Shown here one piece after another: positions 60,373 through 64,000 of a stretch of 64,000 nt of DNA. Both the position numbers and the translations under genes were made by a program. The stretch is from Trichosphaerium sp. ATCC 40318 (lineage: Eukaryota; Protista; Tubulinea). Location of the stretch: the NCBI GenBank assembly GCA_038496445.1, contig JALMLS010000062.1, positions 248,001 to 312,000 of the forward strand, given 5' to 3'. The number at the start of each line of letters is the position of its first letter. Position 1 is the first letter of the stretch. Under the pieces are notes generated by a model. It worked only from the letters and a program-made list of their open reading frames with translations, was not told where the DNA came from and ran no database searches.

Positions 60373-61433
60373 TTATCCTTGGTCATGTGCAATCTTATCC
60401 ATAAAATCCTTGAATTCATTAGACCTAACATCGGCACAGATTTGCTCTTCTGACTCGTCACAATACCAAGATACGCTTGAGTGTAGTTTTAATACAGCAT
60501 TAATCTCAGCAAAGCCTTGATCCCAAAAATGTTGTTTGTTTGATTTTGATAAGAAGCTCCATCTTCTACCTTTTCTTCGTTTATCTTTTATTTGTGCCCA
60601 CCTTCAATAGTATGTTAATTTGTGCAAAAGGCGAACAAAACTATTTGATAAAAAGCGTGAACAACGTCTGAAAAAAGCTAACCTTTTTAGGGACTTGAAA
60701 GCACTATAACTATCTTTAGGTCTTTTTTGTTTGTATTGACTGAACACGCCAATGGCAGTCATGAAAAGGGCATCGTCTCTAAAACACATAATAAGCACAC
60801 TTGATTACCAGTAGTTATATTAATACGCTGTAGACGTACGATACATAAAATGAGCCGTTCTTAACTTCAACACCAAAATTCAATACTATAGCCATGCAAG
60901 CGGCATACAAATAAGGATTCTTACTTCTTCCCATAACACGCTGTAGTAAAGGATGTGTTCGAAGAGATAGTATTGTTCTTGCTGCAACGCTTCGTATACA
61001 CTCTTCCTATAAACGTGGATGAGTATACGGTTGGAAAGGGAGATTTTTTATCTACTTTTCGCAAGAAGGAAATAGATCTATTTCTTACCCTGTAAACTGC
61101 GTAATCGCTTTGTTCTTTAGGTCCTGCACCTAACGATTTTACTTTACTGTTTTGTGGTACAACTTGATTTTGCTCTTCTAAGCTTTCAACGGAGACTGGA
61201 TCGTGTTTTGATGTTTTTGTTTCTAACTTTTTAGCTTGAGTGTCACAAGAACGCTTGTAATTGTTTGGAGGTTCGCAAGATAGTAGATCAAATACACTTG
61301 TTCTATATACTTGCATAACGTGGCTCAACTGATAAGAGTCTGGTAACATATCGTCGTCATAAACCGGAAGAAGTTGGGAGATATCATGACAACTTATGTC
61401 TAATGCATTCTGCTGATTATACATTGTTTGCAT
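60373..61433 (-). CDS. Hypothetical protein with basic C-terminal half
   Basis: Long first exon (ORF 60921-61505) followed by spliceable exons ending ...DKIAHDQG*. No recognisable family. Confidence 0.5.
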
Positions 61434-63542
61434 TATGTTACTGTGTTGTAAGAAAATGAGTGTACTTTTAAGTTCTGTTTGTTTTTGACGAGAGATGATG
61501 TACACCGGATGAAAAAACTCGTAGAAATGACTGTGTGATTTACTACAAATAAGGGTTTTCTTAATGGTTATAATAAATAGGAAGGGGTTTGGTGTGTAGT
61601 GTGTTTAGCGTGGTTGATTGTTTTTTTTTTTTCGTTCTTTCGAAAAAACTAAAAAAAGTTTGGATTTTATTTGTAGTAAAATCACGTTTAGTTAATGTTA
61701 TCAAATCCATCGATCTTCAAAACAATGTGTAAGGATATTTAATCATAATTTCTCTTCGTCTCTTCGACACACGTGACATTTTTCTTCGCCTTTTTCAGTT
61801 TTAAGTTTTTTTTTTTTTGGGTTTATGTTCGCTTGAATCACGTGCCCCGGATGTAATTCTGTGTTGTCCGATTATTTTTGTCAATAAGAGGGTTACAATC
61901 GAAAGAGATGGCTTTTTTTAGCCTTCTTTTAGTCGTTTCTAATTTCACGTCACTTTTCTTCAATAGTAGGATAGATATCCATTTATCCGCATTATCAGAA
62001 AGAATATTATAATCTCACAGCGTCGTTTGTATTATTTAAAAACATTTTCTTTAAGTTTGATGAAGATTATGATACCTGAAGAGCAAAAACTGCAAACAAG
62101 TTAAGTAGTTTCCTTTTTTTGAAAGTTACGTTCTAGAGTCCTTCAAAAATGCTACCAAAAGATATTCACAATGGATTCACTGTTTATTTCGTCTCCTATA
62201 AATAATGTTCTACGATACTCATAGATCAAGTCTCGCCGGGTCCACCAAGAAAAAAGCCATTGAAGATTTTGACAGCAAAAATCCTTGCCCCAGAAATATC
62301 CAAAAACCCGAGCTCTTATATCCTCTACCCGACCTACAATAGCGCTAGCACATAGAGTAGACTAACAATATTAAAATCTTGATGTTTGGCCAAAAATGGG
62401 TTTATTGGTTTATTGAGAATTGTTCTTTGGAGGCACGCTAAAAATGCTCTGATAGACATATTTTTCTCAGACTTCAAAAATTGTACCTACTGCGTCTAGA
62501 AATGGTAATCTCGGACGTTGTCATTTTTATTTGTATATTCTGAAGTGTCCATCATTGAGTTTTGGCTACTCTGCTAGCACCAGACCGTATGCGCTGTTAC
62601 ATAGATTGTTTTACACTAAGCCGTATTGGCAGAGGATTCACATGCACTTGCTCTATCTTGAGGTATCACCCAATGACAGATGTACCCCTTTTTCCTCCCA
62701 AGAACTTCGCCGCTAGTTGTTGTGAATCCATTCTAGCTGTACAACAAGACTTGCGCGAAAGTGTTTTTTTAAAGATCACTTTGTAGTATTTTGGAAACTT
62801 TATCGCTGCTGCCTAGGATACGTCCTTTGATTCGTTAGAGTAATATAAGCTAAACTTGTAACGTTATGGTAACCAAGTTACTAATATTCTACTATTAAAC
62901 TGACCTGAAATCATTAAACCGTCACGTGATGGATAGGTCTCCTTTGTTGACAGGACTCTAGAACGTTCTTTGAGAAAACACTTTTTGTTCTGTTCAGACG
63001 AGCCAAAGACGCCAAACCTGTAGTGAACATATAAGCTTATAGCATTGTATAAACGTTCATGAGCTAATGATGCAATTTTGTCAAGTTATGGGTAGTCAAG
63101 ACTCATTTGCAAAGCGTCGACAAAGAACAACAAAATCCAGTTTATGCACCGTAGTCGTTTGAAGCATGAAAAAGGTTGTCGTACAGTGTGCGTCTCACTG
63201 TGCTTCTCAAAAGAATAATGTATTTGCATACCTCTGCAATTGCTCACCAAACTACTGTATACGTGAGATACCTATTTAAATAGACCTTAAATAACCTAAC
63301 TGCTAAAACTCCTAGGACGTAAGTTCCACTGTTAGTATCAGTAAAAGGGATTACGTCTATTGGAAACAAAAGCGACATGTGCTGAATGTTTCAAAAGTTG
63401 GACTTGTACTTGATATCGTTTGACATATTACAGCTGACATACTACTGACCCAGGGTACTGAGAGAAAGGGCCACGAAACAAAAAAAACCAAAGAACGCGA
63501 ATAAAAGTCAATAGTTTATTACCGGTTGTTACTTGTAATGTC

Positions 63543-64000
63543 TTATTCCTCAGCATCATCTTGAAATGCCTGATTGAAGCGCATATCAATAAATCTTGCC
63601 ATCGTAGCTGTTGGGCATTCATTCTTAACTTTTAAATCCGTATAAACCTCTACAGGATCCTTATTGCCAGCAACAAACTTGGCATGATAATTTAAAGTAC
63701 CATCAAAAGAATACACTTTTTTTATCCCGACAAGTTCACCCTCAACGTAATTGGACTCTTCATATAGCTGACCATTAACATGCCATTCGCGATGTCTTCC
63801 ATGTTCTATACCATGTTTCCAATTTGTTTCTTCTTCAGGGTTACCATTGACAAACCATCTTTGGTACAATCCATGTATTTTATCTTCAAAATAATTCGCT
63901 CGTACTTCGAATGAACCATTCTCAAGGTACTCAATATACTCACCATGTATCTTTCCGTTTTTGTATTCCAATTCTCCTCTGAGAATACCAAGATCCCAGT
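63543..64000 (-). CDS. MORN-variant (YwqK-like) repeat protein; 5' part lies outside the window
   Basis: YKNGKIHGEYIEYLENG, YFEDKIHGLYQRWFVNG, WKHGIEHGRHREWHVNG; frame is open to the window edge with no intron. Confidence 0.85.
   Translation of the reverse strand, partial: WDLGILRGELEYKNGKIHGEYIEYLENGSFEVRANYFEDKIHGLYQRWFVNGNPEEETNWKHGIEHGRHREWHVNGQLYEESNYVEGELVGIKKVYSFDGTLNYHAKFVAGNKDPVEVYTDLKVKNECPTATMARFIDMRFNQAFQDDAEE

Noticed and set aside
343-63991. Most short ORFs in the supplied track (e.g. 343-687, 1316-1666, 20489-20812, 22333-22779, 28399-28605)
   Set aside because: They are antisense or alternate-frame shadows of spliced genes, the tRNA or the ncRNA, or intron read-through rich in F/K.
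1-64000. CRISPR arrays, rRNA, transposase/RT genes, U12-type introns
   Set aside because: No regularly spaced repeats, rRNA motifs or transposase/RT motifs were seen, and no RTATCCTT donors occurred in the introns examined.

Overview
AT-rich (roughly 35% GC by eye), gene-dense eukaryotic DNA with the standard genetic code and many short spliceosomal introns (mostly about 27-170 nt, a few longer, almost all GT-AG). The ORF track is therefore fragmented, and the gene models below were spliced by hand, so internal boundaries are approximate. Gene content (ABP34-type actin bundler, stand-alone AbcH-like ATPase, IRE/Greatwall kinase) suggests an amoeboid protist, probably Amoebozoa; this is inference. 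The window holds about 23 protein genes, one tRNA-Asn, and a decayed surface-protein region at about 1.5-8.8 kb. The most striking observations are: (1) two tandem, unannotated, highly structured ncRNA candidates at 27.8-28.6 kb, one with a USE+TATA promoter and T5 terminator, sharing a motif and a covarying long-range helix; (2) a Reeler-domain protein fused through an internal signal peptide to a His-brace (LPMO-like) domain; (3) a CAMTA-like CG-1/TIG factor with an LRR tail; (4) a roughly 7-fold excess of CACGTG, mostly in introns and intergenic DNA; (5) an F-box/importin-beta chimera; (6) several intronless genes that look bacterial or giant-viral.
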